From Rhodocyclaceae bacterium (lineage in GTDB: Bacteria > Pseudomonadota > Gammaproteobacteria > Burkholderiales > Rhodocyclaceae), in assembly GCA_020445785.1 (NCBI GenBank), contig JAGRFZ010000013.1:95628-159627 (forward strand): a stretch of DNA of 64,000 bases, written 5' to 3'. Below the pieces are notes generated by a model. It saw nothing but the letters and a program-made list of their open reading frames with translations, did no database searches and was not told where the DNA came from. The position numbers and the translations under genes were made by a program. Positions 30,077 to 40,502 of the stretch are shown one piece after another (position 1 is the first letter of the stretch; each line of letters opens with the position of its first letter).

Positions 30077-30175
30077 ATGAAGACCGTTTACCGCTTCCGC
30101 CCGATGCCGATTCCGTGCCACGCGCTACGTGCGTGGCAGATCGTCGCATCTCCGGGGCCGTCGCGGTTGACCTAG
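30077..30175 (+). CDS. Putative 32-aa leader peptide MKTVYRFRPMPIPCHALRAWQIVASPGPSRLT
   Basis: Short ORF ending 27 nt before an intrinsic terminator upstream of the DMT gene. Confidence 0.4.
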   Translation: MKTVYRFRPMPIPCHALRAWQIVASPGPSRLT

Positions 30176-30202
30176 CGCCAGACGCACTAGCTGTTTCGAG
30201 AC

Positions 30203-30233
30203 AGGCCGCGGATCGATCCCGCGGCCTTTTTTT
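30203..30233 (+). terminator. Intrinsic terminator (possible attenuator)
   Basis: Stem AGGCCGCGG/CCGCGGCCT followed by T7. Confidence 0.85.
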
Positions 30234-30312
30234 CGTCCGTCCACCCGAGCCACCCGCTCGTCATCGACTCCCCCCACGCCGCCCGCCGGCGTCGACCTTC
30301 GAGGAACCCACG

Positions 30313-31224
30313 ATGTCCGTCCCCGCCGCCTATGTCTGTCTGGTCTTGACCTGGAGCACGACGCCTCTGGCCGTGCAATGGAGCGCCGAAGGTGTCGGCT
30401 TCAGTTTTGCGGTGCTGTCCCGGATGCTGGTCAGCGTCGTGCTGGCGCTGCTGTTGATCGCGCTGTGGCGCAAGCCGCTGCCGCTCGATGCACGCGCCCG
30501 AGGCCTCTACATGGTCAGCGGCGGCAGCCTGTTCCTGGCGATGTCGCTGGTGTATTGGGCCGCGGCTGAGGTCCGCTCGGGGCTGATCTCGGTGATCTTC
30601 GGCCTGTCGCCGCTGCTGACCTCGCTGATCGCCGCCCTGTGCCGCACCGAGGCGCCGCCCGGCCGTGTCGCCCTGCTCGGGGTGGCGCTGGCGATGGGCG
30701 GCCTGTCGGTGATCTTTCTGCAGGGTGACGAGGGCCACGACGGTACCGCCGGCCTGCTGGCGCTGCTGCTGGCCGCCGTGGTGCACTCGGGCAGCCTGGT
30801 CGCGCTCAAGCGCATCGGCGGCGACAATCCGCCGCTGGCCACGACCCTGGGCACGCTGCTGGTGGCGCTGCCGATGTTCGCCCTGCAATGGTGGCTCGGC
30901 GACGGCACCCTGCCGTCGGATCCGCCCGCGCGCGCAGTGGCGTCGATCGTCTACCTCGGGGTGTTCGGCTCGCTCCTGAGCTTCACGCTGTACTACTACG
31001 TGATCAAGCACCTGGCCGCTTCCCAGGTGGCCCTGGTGACCCTGATGACGCCGGTGCTGGCACTGCTGCTCGGACACGGGGTCAATGGCGAGGTGCTGGA
31101 CGCGCGGGTGTGGTTCGGCAGCGGCCTGATCCTGCTCGGCCTCGCGCTGCACCAGTGGCGCAGCCTGGGCCGCCTGTTGCCGCTGCGGCTGCGGCCCCTG
31201 GCGGCCGATGCCGACCGGCGCTGA
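30313..31224 (+). CDS. DMT/EamA family transporter
   Basis: GAGGA RBS; MSVPAAY..WSTTPLA; about 10 TM segments. Confidence 0.9.
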   Translation: MSVPAAYVCLVLTWSTTPLAVQWSAEGVGFSFAVLSRMLVSVVLALLLIALWRKPLPLDARARGLYMVSGGSLFLAMSLVYWAAAEVRSGLISVIFGLSPLLTSLIAALCRTEAPPGRVALLGVALAMGGLSVIFLQGDEGHDGTAGLLALLLAAVVHSGSLVALKRIGGDNPPLATTLGTLLVALPMFALQWWLGDGTLPSDPPARAVASIVYLGVFGSLLSFTLYYYVIKHLAASQVALVTLMTPVLALLLGHGVNGEVLDARVWFGSGLILLGLALHQWRSLGRLLPLRLRPLAADADRR

Positions 31225-31239
31225 GCCGCGCCGGTCGGC

Positions 31240-32484
31240 TCAGAACAGGCCGTCGAACAACTGCACGTGGACGGGGTCGCCGGCGGCAACGTTGCCGCGG
31301 GCCTCGTCGAGCACGATGAAGCAGTTGGCCTCGGCCATCGAGCGCAGCACGCCGGAACCCTGGTTGCCGGCCAGCCGCACCCGCCAGCCACCGTCGGTCG
31401 GGTAGAGTTCGCCGCGGGGAAACTCGCGGCGGCCCGGGTTCTTGCGGATCGCGTCGTCGCACGCCACCTCGAAAGTGGGCCGCGCCGGCAACGGATCGAC
31501 GCCCATCAGCTTCTGCAGGGAATCGACCACGAACTGGGCGTAGCTCACCATCACCGCCACCGGATTGCCCGGCAGGCCGAACAGCCAGGCCTCGCCGACG
31601 CGGCCGAAAGCCATCGGCCGTCCCGGCTTGATGTCGAGCTTCCAGAAATGGACCTCGCCCAGACGCGCCATCAGATCGCGCACGAAATCGGCCTCACCGA
31701 CGGACACGCCACCCGAGGTGATGACGACGTCGGCGCTCGCCGCAGCCGTGCGGAAGGCCTCTTCGATCAGCGCCGGCTGGTCGCGGATGACCCCCATGTC
31801 CACCAGGTCGACGCCGAGCGCCGACAGCGCTGCGTGCAGAGTGTAGCGGTTGCTGTCATAGACTTGGCCGGGGCCCAGCGGATTGCCGATCGACGCGATC
31901 TCGTCGCCGGTGGACATGAAGGCCACCCGCAGCCGCCGGAACACCGTCACTTCGGCCACGCCGAGGGATGCGAGCAGGCCGAGATCGGCGGCGCCGATCC
32001 GCTTGCCGGCCGCCAGCGCCGGCTTGCCGCGGGCCAGGTCTTCGCCGGCGCGACGCAGGTTCTGGCCCTGGCGCTGACCGGGCGGAACGAATACGCGCTC
32101 GCCGTCCACCCGGGTCACCTCCTGCACGACGATGGTGTCGGAGCCCTTGGGCACGACTGCACCGGTCATCACCCGTACCGCCTGCCCCGCTCCGACGATG
32201 CCCGAGAACGCACGCCCGGCGTAGGCCGTACCGACCATCCTGAGTTCGGTTTCGGCGCCGCTGGCGAGGTCGTCGAAGCGCACCGCGTAGCCGTCCATCG
32301 CGGAATTGTCGTGGGCGGGCACGTCGAACGGCGCGATCACCGGCCGCGACAGCACCCGCCCGAGGGCATCACGGATCGCCACACATTCCCAGCCGGCGAC
32401 CGGGGTCAGCGTCGACAGCAGATGGTCGCGTGCCTCGGCGACGGTGAGTCGAGGGTCCTGGGGGTTGGGGTTGGGCTGGCTCAT
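31240..32484 (-). CDS. moeA: Molybdopterin molybdotransferase MoeA
   Basis: SAMDGYA, STGDE, SGGVSVG, KPGRP, LPGNP. Confidence 0.95.
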   Translation of the reverse strand: MSQPNPNPQDPRLTVAEARDHLLSTLTPVAGWECVAIRDALGRVLSRPVIAPFDVPAHDNSAMDGYAVRFDDLASGAETELRMVGTAYAGRAFSGIVGAGQAVRVMTGAVVPKGSDTIVVQEVTRVDGERVFVPPGQRQGQNLRRAGEDLARGKPALAAGKRIGAADLGLLASLGVAEVTVFRRLRVAFMSTGDEIASIGNPLGPGQVYDSNRYTLHAALSALGVDLVDMGVIRDQPALIEEAFRTAAASADVVITSGGVSVGEADFVRDLMARLGEVHFWKLDIKPGRPMAFGRVGEAWLFGLPGNPVAVMVSYAQFVVDSLQKLMGVDPLPARPTFEVACDDAIRKNPGRREFPRGELYPTDGGWRVRLAGNQGSGVLRSMAEANCFIVLDEARGNVAAGDPVHVQLFDGLF

Positions 32485-32734
32485 GGCTGCGTTTCCTCGT
32501 CGATCCGGGGCGGCACCGCCGGCACCCGGGTAAAATCGCTCAGCTCGTGGTGTGCTTCGTCAATCACGGTACAGGAAGAATGTGATGCATCGGGCCTCGT
32601 GGCCACGCGCGGACCCCGGCGATGGTTCGGGCCATCACGCGGATCGGCAACGCCGCCACCGGGCACGAGGCACGCCTTCGTGTTGCAGGTTTCTCGAAGC
32701 GGACCACCAGACTCCCTATGATAATGCCCCGACC

Positions 32735-33430
32735 ATGACCGACACCTTGTTCGCTGCGCTGCGATTGCTCGGCAGCTTCGACAATACGCTGGTGGACATC
32801 GTCTGGCTGTCGTTGCGGGTATCGATGACGGCGGTGGTGCTCGGCGCCCTGATCGGCCTGCCGCTGGGTGCCTGGCTGGCGATCGCCGAGTTTCGTTGGC
32901 GCAACCTGCTGGTGGTGTTCGTCAACGGCCTGATGGGATTGCCCTCGGTGGTGGTCGGCGTGGTCGTCTATCTGGCGCTGTCGCGCTCCGGACCGTTCGG
33001 CGATTTCGGCCTGTTGTTCTCGCCGAGCGCGATGGTGATCGCGCAGATGATGCTGGTGGTGCCGCTGATCGCGGCGCTGACCCGCCAGATCGTCGAAGAC
33101 GCCTGGCGCGACTACGCGCCCGAGCTGAGGGTAATGGGCTTCAGCCGCGGCCAGAGCATGCTGACCCTGATTCACGACTGCCGCCACTCCTTGCTGGTGG
33201 CCTTGCTCGCCGGCGTCGGTCGGGCCATGTCGGAGGTCGGCGCGGTGATGATCGTCGGCGGCAATATCGACCACGTGACGCGGGTCATGACCACCGCGAT
33301 CGCGCTCGAGACCAGCAAGGGCGACCTGCCACTGGCGATCGCGCTCGGCATCGTGCTGATGGTGGTGGTGCTGACGCTCAATGCCGCCGCCTTCCACATC
33401 CGGCGCTGGGCGATGAGGCGCTACGCCTGA
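32735..33430 (+). CDS. tupB: Tungstate ABC transporter permease
   Basis: GRAMSEVGAVMIVGGNI..TRVMTTAIALETSKG. Confidence 0.88.
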   Translation: MTDTLFAALRLLGSFDNTLVDIVWLSLRVSMTAVVLGALIGLPLGAWLAIAEFRWRNLLVVFVNGLMGLPSVVVGVVVYLALSRSGPFGDFGLLFSPSAMVIAQMMLVVPLIAALTRQIVEDAWRDYAPELRVMGFSRGQSMLTLIHDCRHSLLVALLAGVGRAMSEVGAVMIVGGNIDHVTRVMTTAIALETSKGDLPLAIALGIVLMVVVLTLNAAAFHIRRWAMRRYA

Positions 33431-34149
33431 TGTTCCCGATCGAACTGTCCGGCGTCGCCTTTCGGCCCCAGGGCCGAAACGTACTCGACGGCCTCGACCT
33501 GCGCCTCGACGGCGAGGGCATCAGCATCGTGCTCGGCCCCAATGGCGTCGGCAAGACCGTGTTGCTGCGGATGATCGCCGGCCTGCTGCCGGTGCGCGAA
33601 GGGCGGCTGGCCTGGGGTGAAGCGAGCCGCCCGGACGCGGCGATCGCGATGGTCTTCCAACAGCCCATGATCCTGCGCTCGAGCGTGCTCGACAACGCGG
33701 CCCTCGGCATGAAACCGCTCCGGCTGGCCCGCGGCGAGCGCCTGCGCCGGGCGCGTGACATGCTCGAGCGGGTCGGCCTCGCCGACCGCGCCGCGGACAG
33801 CGCCCGCCTGCTCTCCGGCGGCGAACGCCAACGTTTGGCGCTGGCGCGGGCCTGGGCGGTACGGCCGCGGCTGCTGTTGCTCGACGAACCGACCGCCAAC
33901 CTCGATCCATCCGCGGTGGACGCGGTCGAGCGCATCATTCGCGGCATCCGCACCGACGGCTGCAAGGTGCTGATGACCACCCACAACCTCGGGCAGGCGA
34001 CCCGGCTGGCGGACGACATCGTGTTCCTCGCCGACGGTCGCGTCCAGGAGCACGCTCCGGCCCAGCAGTTCTTTGCCCGGCCGCGGTCCGCTGCGGCGCG
34101 GCGTTTCATCCAGGCCGAGCTGCCATGGCGGATCCGCTTCGACGAATGA
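33430..34149 (+). CDS. tupC: Tungstate ABC transporter ATPase
   Basis: [25 protein letters not shown]; TGATG coupling to tupB. Confidence 0.85.
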   Translation: MFPIELSGVAFRPQGRNVLDGLDLRLDGEGISIVLGPNGVGKTVLLRMIAGLLPVREGRLAWGEASRPDAAIAMVFQQPMILRSSVLDNAALGMKPLRLARGERLRRARDMLERVGLADRAADSARLLSGGERQRLALARAWAVRPRLLLLDEPTANLDPSAVDAVERIIRGIRTDGCKVLMTTHNLGQATRLADDIVFLADGRVQEHAPAQQFFARPRSAAARRFIQAELPWRIRFDE

Positions 34150-34183
34150 GCCGCGACCGCGGTCGATGTCTGGAGGACGCATC

Positions 34184-34969
34184 ATGGACGTAGTGGACTA
34201 CGAAATCTTCGGTACCGACATGCAGTACGTCGAAGTCGAACTGGACCCGGGCGAAGCCGCCGTGGGCGAGGCCGGCGCGATGATGTACATGCAGGCGGGC
34301 ATCGAGATGGACACCGTGTTCGGTGACGGCTCGGCACAGCAGGGCGGTTTCTTCGGCAAGCTGCTCGGCGCCGGCAAGCGCCTGGTGACCGGTGAGTCGC
34401 TGTTCACGACGGTGTTCCATCATGAGGGGCAGGGCAAGGCGCGGGTGGCCTTCGCCGCCCCCTATCCCGGTCGGATCATTCCGATGGATCTCGCCAGCCT
34501 CGGCGGCACCCTGATCTGCCAGAAGGATTCCTTCATCTGCGCCGCCAAGGGCGTGTCGCTCGGGATTGCGTTGCAGCGTCGGCTGGGCACCGGATTCTTC
34601 GGTGGCGAGGGCTTCATCATGCAGAAGCTGGAGGGCGACGGCATGGCCTTCGTACACGCAGGCGGCACGCTGATGCAGCGTGATCTGGCGCCGGGCGAGT
34701 TGCTGCGGGTCGACACCGGCTGCGTCGTCGCGTTCACGCCCGAGGTCGATTTCGACATCGAATACGTGGGCAAGCTCAAGTCGGCGATCTTCGGCGGCGA
34801 AGGCCTGTTCTTCGCGACCCTGCGCGGGCCCGGCCGCATCTGGCTGCAATCGCTGCCGTTGTCGCGGCTGGCCAGCCGCATCGTGCAATCGACGCCGGGC
34901 GGCTCGCGGCGCGGCGAGGGCTCGATCCTCGGCGGCATCGGCGATCTGATCGACGGCGACAACGGCTGA
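34184..34969 (+). CDS. TIGR00266/AIM24 family protein
   Basis: [27 protein letters not shown]; GGAGG RBS. Confidence 0.92.
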   Translation: MDVVDYEIFGTDMQYVEVELDPGEAAVGEAGAMMYMQAGIEMDTVFGDGSAQQGGFFGKLLGAGKRLVTGESLFTTVFHHEGQGKARVAFAAPYPGRIIPMDLASLGGTLICQKDSFICAAKGVSLGIALQRRLGTGFFGGEGFIMQKLEGDGMAFVHAGGTLMQRDLAPGELLRVDTGCVVAFTPEVDFDIEYVGKLKSAIFGGEGLFFATLRGPGRIWLQSLPLSRLASRIVQSTPGGSRRGEGSILGGIGDLIDGDNG

Positions 34970-34979
34970 GCGCCCGCCC

Positions 34980-35858
34980 TCAGCCACCGCGCCGCAGGCG
35001 GTGGCCGAACAGGTTCACGGCGAGGCCTGCCATCAGCAGCGCACCGCCGCCGAGATGGGCGGGCTGCAACGCCTCGTCATAGACCAGCCAACCCGCGGTG
35101 AGTCCGACCACCGGCACCAGCAACGGGAAGGGCGCCACCTGGTTGGCAGGGTAGCGGGCCAGCAGATGGCTCCACAGACCGTAGCCGAGCAGCGTGGCGG
35201 CCCATGCCAAGTACAGTACGGCACCGGCCGCCAGCCAACTGAAGCCCTCGATCGCCGCGACGATTCGTTCCGGGCCCTCGATCACCAGCGACAGCCCGAG
35301 AAACGGCAACGGTGGCACCAGGCTGGCCCACACCATGAACGCCAGCATGTTGACAGGGCCATGACGCGCCAGGCTGCGGCCGACGACGTTGCCGATGCCC
35401 CAGCTCGCGGCCGCAGCCAGGGTCATGGCGAAGCCGGCCAGCGGCATCGCGCCACCGTGGGCGGAGCCGATCGCCACCAGCCCGGCCGCCGCCAGCAGCA
35501 GCCCCGCCAGTTGTTCGGTGCGCCAGCGCTCGCCGAGCCAAAGCGCTGCGAACAGCATCGTGAACAAGGCCTGGGACTGCAGCACCAGCGACGCCAGGCC
35601 CGACGGCATGCCGAGGTGGATCGCCGTGAACAGGAAGGCGAACTGGCCGAATGCGATCGTCAGGCCATAGGCGAGGTACAGGCGCAGCGGGAGCTTGGGC
35701 GGACGCAGGAAGGCCACCGCCGGCAGCGCCGCGGCGAGGAATCGCAGTGCACCGAGCAGCAGCGGCGGCACCTCGCCGACGCCGGCCTTGATGACGACGA
35801 AGTTCACGCCCCACACGACGACGACGACCAGCGCCAGGGCGAGGTCGCTCGGCTTCAT
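34980..35858 (-). CDS. EamA family (O-acetylserine/cysteine exporter-like) transporter
   Basis: WGVNFVVIK, GMPSGLASLVLQSQ, LLVPVVG. Confidence 0.9.
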   Translation of the reverse strand: MKPSDLALALVVVVVWGVNFVVIKAGVGEVPPLLLGALRFLAAALPAVAFLRPPKLPLRLYLAYGLTIAFGQFAFLFTAIHLGMPSGLASLVLQSQALFTMLFAALWLGERWRTEQLAGLLLAAAGLVAIGSAHGGAMPLAGFAMTLAAAASWGIGNVVGRSLARHGPVNMLAFMVWASLVPPLPFLGLSLVIEGPERIVAAIEGFSWLAAGAVLYLAWAATLLGYGLWSHLLARYPANQVAPFPLLVPVVGLTAGWLVYDEALQPAHLGGGALLMAGLAVNLFGHRLRRGG

Positions 35859-36475
35859 CCGGAACGGCTCGCGAGATAGGCGCCGGCACCGATCATGATC
35901 GCACCGGCGCTGCGGTTCAGCGCCCGGGCCGCCCGTGCGGATCGGAACATCCGCCGTGCCCGCGCCGCGCCGGCCGCGATCAGCATCAGCCCGGCCATCA
36001 GCGCGACCAGGGTCAGCGCTGCGGCCAGCACGATGTCCCCGGCGCCGAGGCGCTCGAGGTCCATGAAGCTCGGCAGGAAGGCGACGTAGAACAGGATCAC
36101 CTTGGGATTCGAAGCGGAAATAAGAAAGCCCTGGACGAAGCCCGCACGGCGTGATGCGGGCGGTACCGTGGCGCCGTCGACACCGTCGCCGACCGGGGCG
36201 CGCCAGATGCCGATACCGAGCCACAGCAGATAGGCGGCACCGACCCAGCGCACCACCGTGAACAGCCCACCCCAGTTGTGGGCGAGCGCCGCCAGGCCGA
36301 GACAGGCGAAGACCAGATAGGCAATGTCGCTGATCACCATACCCAGCGCCAGGAAGAAGCAGGAACGGGCGCCACTGCCGAGCGCGCGGGCGAGCACTGC
36401 GAAGACGCCCGGCCCGGGGGTGACGCCGAAGACGAAGATTGCGAAGAAGAAGGCGAGGGCGCTCTCGAGGCTCAT
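35855..36475 (-). CDS. LysE/RhtB family translocator
   Basis: TPGPG, GAAYLLWLG, NPKVILFY. Confidence 0.92.
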   Translation of the reverse strand: MSLESALAFFFAIFVFGVTPGPGVFAVLARALGSGARSCFFLALGMVISDIAYLVFACLGLAALAHNWGGLFTVVRWVGAAYLLWLGIGIWRAPVGDGVDGATVPPASRRAGFVQGFLISASNPKVILFYVAFLPSFMDLERLGAGDIVLAAALTLVALMAGLMLIAAGAARARRMFRSARAARALNRSAGAIMIGAGAYLASRSG

Positions 36476-36532
36476 GGTGCCGGCTGCCGATGGTTCGAAC
36501 CCGTCATTAAAGCGGCGACCGGGGGGGCACCG

Positions 36533-36960
36533 TCAAGCACCCGCCGGCGATCCTGACCGCCGACAGCGATCGGTCGTGCGCAGCCCGCGGCCAAACGCCG
36601 GGCCGGCCGCGGCCGGTTGCTGGTCCAGGCGCCGGCGCTGGTGCCGGCCGTGACCAGCGTCTTGGTCACCTCGTCGTCGCCGAAATCGAGCGCGACGCTG
36701 GCCGAGAGGGTAGCGCCATTGTTCATCGTGAACACGATGCGATAAATTGACGACGAGATCGGCGCTGAGGAGCACAAGGATCGCGTCGCCGGCGATATGG
36801 TCGATATCGGTCGGCGAAGTCGCCCGCTCGATGCCGACCGTCTCATCGACCACCGCCTGGAAGCCGAAGGCGTGCGCGAACGGTGAGGCGAACAGCAACG
36901 ACAGGATAACGATCAAGGCGCGTCTGGCCGGCCGGTGGGCGCTCTCTCGTTGGTGAGGTT
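36533..36960 (-). pseudogene. Probable frameshifted/truncated remnant of a secreted protein gene (boundaries approximate)
   Basis: Signal peptide LIVILSLLFASPFAHA; protein-like sequence continues in another frame (YRIVFTMNNGATLSASVALDFG) after about 36745. Confidence 0.4.
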
Positions 36961-37316
36961 CGGGGATCGGAATCGCGGACCGTGCCGTGGGTTGCACGCG
37001 ATGCGACGGCACGGCGAATGACCGGGGCCGGGCCAAATGCTCCGGAGCCGGCCGGACAGCGCCCTCTTCGCCTCGGCACTGTCGGCCGCGGCAGCATTTT
37101 CACGAGATTGGCATTGCACGAAGATTTGCTTGAGGATGCGAACGTAATGCAAGGGTTCAATGACCTATCGTGCGCATCCGCGGTCTTGCGGCGTCTGTCG
37201 ACGAAGGCCGAACGGCGGACTCGGGGCGCGAGATGGGTGGCCCGACGTGACTGCACGGCGCGTTGCCGCGCGAGGCCGCAATCGCCGTTCGTGACCGTGC
37301 CGGAGATTGCCCGCTG

Positions 37317-37817
37317 GTGACGCGCTTCCTGTCGATATTTCTGGTGGCGATCGTGGTCCTGCTCGTGGCCGAGCTGACGGCGCCGGTCCAGACCTGGGTG
37401 GTTCAGCCCTGGACGTCACTGGTGGCCGCCACCAGCGCTGCGCTGGTTCGCCGTTTCGATGACAGCGTGCTCTCCCATGGCAAGATCCTGCACGACACCG
37501 ATACCGGAATCGGGGTCTCGATCGAAGCCGGCTGCAACGGCGTCGAGGCCAGCCTGATCCTGCTGGCGGCGTTGCTGGCCTATCCGGCCGACTGGCGGGC
37601 CCGGCTGTGGGGCGCGTTGGTGGGCTTTGCCGCCATCCAGATCGCCAACCTGGCCCGCATCATCACCTTGTTCTATCTCGCCGGATGGAACGAGGCGGTG
37701 TTCGAGTTCGCCCATCTATACCTATGGCAAGCGCTCATCATGCTGGACGTGGTCGTGGTCTGGCTGTTGTGGATTCGCTGGGTGACCACACGGCAGATGG
37801 CCCGTGCGCTCGGCTAG
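37317..37817 (+). CDS. xrtH: Exosortase H
   Basis: SIEAGCNGVEA (catalytic Cys), NLARIITL (Arg), AHLYLWQAL (His). Confidence 0.88.
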   Translation: MTRFLSIFLVAIVVLLVAELTAPVQTWVVQPWTSLVAATSAALVRRFDDSVLSHGKILHDTDTGIGVSIEAGCNGVEASLILLAALLAYPADWRARLWGALVGFAAIQIANLARIITLFYLAGWNEAVFEFAHLYLWQALIMLDVVVVWLLWIRWVTTRQMARALG

Positions 37818-38490
37818 CCTGGTCACCGGTTTCTTCCTGCGGACGCTGGTCTGGCTGGCGCTGGCCCTGCCGCTGTGGGCCCAGGCGGGCCCATGGTTCG
37901 CCCTTCCGCCGGCGTGGCTGGCCGAGCAGATGATGCGCGGCGGCTTCGAATACTGGGTCCTCGGCAGCGAGCTCGAAGGCACGACCCAGACCCTGTTGAC
38001 CGCACTCACCGTACGTAGCCCCGACGGCCGCATCGGCGAGCTGTTGCCGAGCGCCGAGATTCTCAGCTACGCCTACGGCACGCCCCTGGCGTGCGCCCTG
38101 CTCATGGCAAGCCGGCCGACGGGTTGGTGGTGGCGGCTGCCGCTGGCAATGACATTGCTGGTGCCGTTCCAGGCTGCCGGCGTTTGCCTGACCTGGCTGA
38201 TGCAGGTGGCGGTGATCGCCGGCAGCGACACCGCGGCCCAGACCGGGTTTGGTCTCTGGCAGACCAATGCGATCGCCGCGGGCTACCAGTTCGGCTATCT
38301 GATATTGCCGACCTTGGTACCCACACTGGTATGGCTTTCGCTGGACCGCAGCTTCGTCGCCAAGGTCGTGCTGGAGGGCGCGCTGTCGGCGGTCGCGAAT
38401 TCCGCACCGATCCCGGGGCGATCCGCACCGACGGCACCCACCGCAGGGTCGGCCGAACCGGTTCGAATGGACACGGACAGCACGCGCTGA
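37804..38490 (+). CDS. Exosortase H-associated membrane protein
   Basis: Overlaps xrtH; YAYGTPL and [13 protein letters not shown] motifs. Confidence 0.8.
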   Translation: MRSASLVTGFFLRTLVWLALALPLWAQAGPWFALPPAWLAEQMMRGGFEYWVLGSELEGTTQTLLTALTVRSPDGRIGELLPSAEILSYAYGTPLACALLMASRPTGWWWRLPLAMTLLVPFQAAGVCLTWLMQVAVIAGSDTAAQTGFGLWQTNAIAAGYQFGYLILPTLVPTLVWLSLDRSFVAKVVLEGALSAVANSAPIPGRSAPTAPTAGSAEPVRMDTDSTR

Positions 38491-38611
38491 CCCGGCTCGG
38501 TCGTGGATCGGAGTTTCGTGCAGGGTTCGACCGGCAGCCGGTCAAGTTTCGGCACCGATTGCCGTATTGCAGCATGAACCCTTCCCGATGAAGAACCGAA
38601 GGACCCGCCCC

Positions 38612-40225
38612 ATGTTCTCCAGCGTCAAATTCCGATTGTTCGCCCTGGCCGGTCTCGGCCTGCTCGCGGTGGTGCTGCTGGTCGCCCTGACTTTCGCCGA
38701 TCTGCGCCGGCTCGGCGAGCAACAGGACAACGCTTTCGTCCGTGCCCAGACCGCCAGCCGGGCGATGGAAGCCTCCCACCTGGGTGCCCAGTTCTACCGG
38801 ATCATCGGCGATGCCGTGATCAACCGCGATCTGGCGGCGGCGGAACAGGATTTCTCGGCGCTTCGGGCGGAGGCCGCGGCCGACCTCGACAGGCTGGCCG
38901 CGGAGGCCGACACCGACCCCGAGCGGCGCGCCATCGCCGACGCGCGCAAAGGCATCGAAGCCATCGTCGCCTTGTTCGAATCGCGGCTGATGCCGGTCCT
39001 GCGAAGTGCCGACATGGTCGATCCGATGGTGCGGCGCATCGACGGCGACATCGACGAGCATGTGGATGCGGTACGCCACAGCCTCGAGGCGATGGCCGAA
39101 TCGACCCTGGCCGAGGCGCACCAGGCAAATCAGGCGTTCGACGACACCCGCGCCAACACGACCTGGGTCAGCATCGCCATCGGCGTTGGCGTGGCCATTC
39201 TGCTCGGCGCCGTCAGCCTGCGCGTCGCGGCGACCATCAATCGATCGCTGACGACGGCTCGCGACGCCACCCGCCGGATTGCCGGCGGCGACCTCAGCAC
39301 CGACGTCGTCGCCACCGGCCAGGACGAATTCGCCGAGTTGCTCGTCTCCTGCGGCCACATGCAGGACAGCCTGCGCCAGATCGTCGGCCAGCTCCAGGTG
39401 GACGGCGAACGCATTTCGGCGATGAGCGAGGCGCTGGCCACGACGACCGAGCAGATCGCGGCCGCCACCGAGGCGCAATCCGAATCGGCATCGGCGATGG
39501 CCGCCAGTGTCGAGCAGATGTCGGTCTCGATCACCCATGTATCCGATCGGGCCGGCGACGTGCGCACCGCTTCGGTCGGCTCCGGCGACGCCTCGCGGGC
39601 GGGCGATTCGGTCATGGACTCGCTGCTCCAGGGCAACCGCGACACCTCGGCCACGGTCGAAGACGCGGCCACCCGCATCCACGAACTCGGTCGCCTGTCG
39701 GAGGAGATCAGCTCCATCGTCAAGGTGATCAGCGAGGTGGCGGAACAAACCAATCTGCTGGCACTCAATGCCGCGATCGAAGCGGCGCGCGCCGGCGAGC
39801 AGGGCCGCGGATTCGCCGTCGTCGCCGACGAGGTGCGCAAGCTCGCGGAGCGCACCGGTCAGTCCACCCAGGACATCACGCGCATGATCGGCGAAATCCA
39901 GACTGTCACGCGCGAGGCCGTCGCCGGCATGTCGTCGGCCGTGGACCGGGTGCACGCCGGCAACGAACTCTCGCAACAGGCGCGTGCGACAATGACCGAG
40001 ATCGGTGCGCGCTCGGGCAGCGTCCTCGCCTCGGTCGAGGAGATCACCAACGCGCTGCACGAACAATCGTCGGCCAGTAACGAGATTGCCCGCCGGGTCG
40101 AACAGATCGCCGTCGCCAGCGAAGAGAACAGCGCCGCGGTGCGCAATACGGCGAATTCGGCGAGAAGCCTCGAAGACGTCTCCGCCCACCTGAGGGCGTC
40201 GATCGCCCGCTTCCGCCTGCGCTGA
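38612..40225 (+). CDS. Methyl-accepting chemotaxis protein
   Basis: 2 TM segments, [39 protein letters not shown]. Confidence 0.96.
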   Translation: MFSSVKFRLFALAGLGLLAVVLLVALTFADLRRLGEQQDNAFVRAQTASRAMEASHLGAQFYRIIGDAVINRDLAAAEQDFSALRAEAAADLDRLAAEADTDPERRAIADARKGIEAIVALFESRLMPVLRSADMVDPMVRRIDGDIDEHVDAVRHSLEAMAESTLAEAHQANQAFDDTRANTTWVSIAIGVGVAILLGAVSLRVAATINRSLTTARDATRRIAGGDLSTDVVATGQDEFAELLVSCGHMQDSLRQIVGQLQVDGERISAMSEALATTTEQIAAATEAQSESASAMAASVEQMSVSITHVSDRAGDVRTASVGSGDASRAGDSVMDSLLQGNRDTSATVEDAATRIHELGRLSEEISSIVKVISEVAEQTNLLALNAAIEAARAGEQGRGFAVVADEVRKLAERTGQSTQDITRMIGEIQTVTREAVAGMSSAVDRVHAGNELSQQARATMTEIGARSGSVLASVEEITNALHEQSSASNEIARRVEQIAVASEENSAAVRNTANSARSLEDVSAHLRASIARFRLR

Positions 40226-40243
40226 CGGTCGCGCGCAGGGCGA

Positions 40244-40441
40244 CTAGGCGCGGCCGGCCCACCAGAGCACGCGCGGCGCCCGCTCGGCCTCGCGGTCGGT
40301 GGCGAGTGCGCGCCACTGCTCGGCGGCACGCTGCCGGGCGACTTCGTCGCCGCGGCGATCGGCGTCTTCCGCCAGCGACTTGAGACGCTGCATCTTGGCC
40401 CGGCGCAGCACACGCTGTCGGCCGATTTCGTCGAAGGGCAT
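40244..40441 (-). CDS. Small hypothetical protein (65 aa)
   Basis: GGAG RBS then MPFDEIGRQ..; helical, charged sequence. Confidence 0.55.
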   Translation of the reverse strand: MPFDEIGRQRVLRRAKMQRLKSLAEDADRRGDEVARQRAAEQWRALATDREAERAPRVLWWAGRA

Positions 40442-40502
40442 GGTTGCTCCGGCGTCGCCGGGGATCACCGATCCGGCAAGGCAGACCCGGTCGGCCAGCG
40501 GC

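Noticed and set aside
32485-32734. Moco/Wco riboswitch between moeA and tupB
   Set aside because: No recognisable conserved riboswitch motifs by eye; an Rfam scan would be needed
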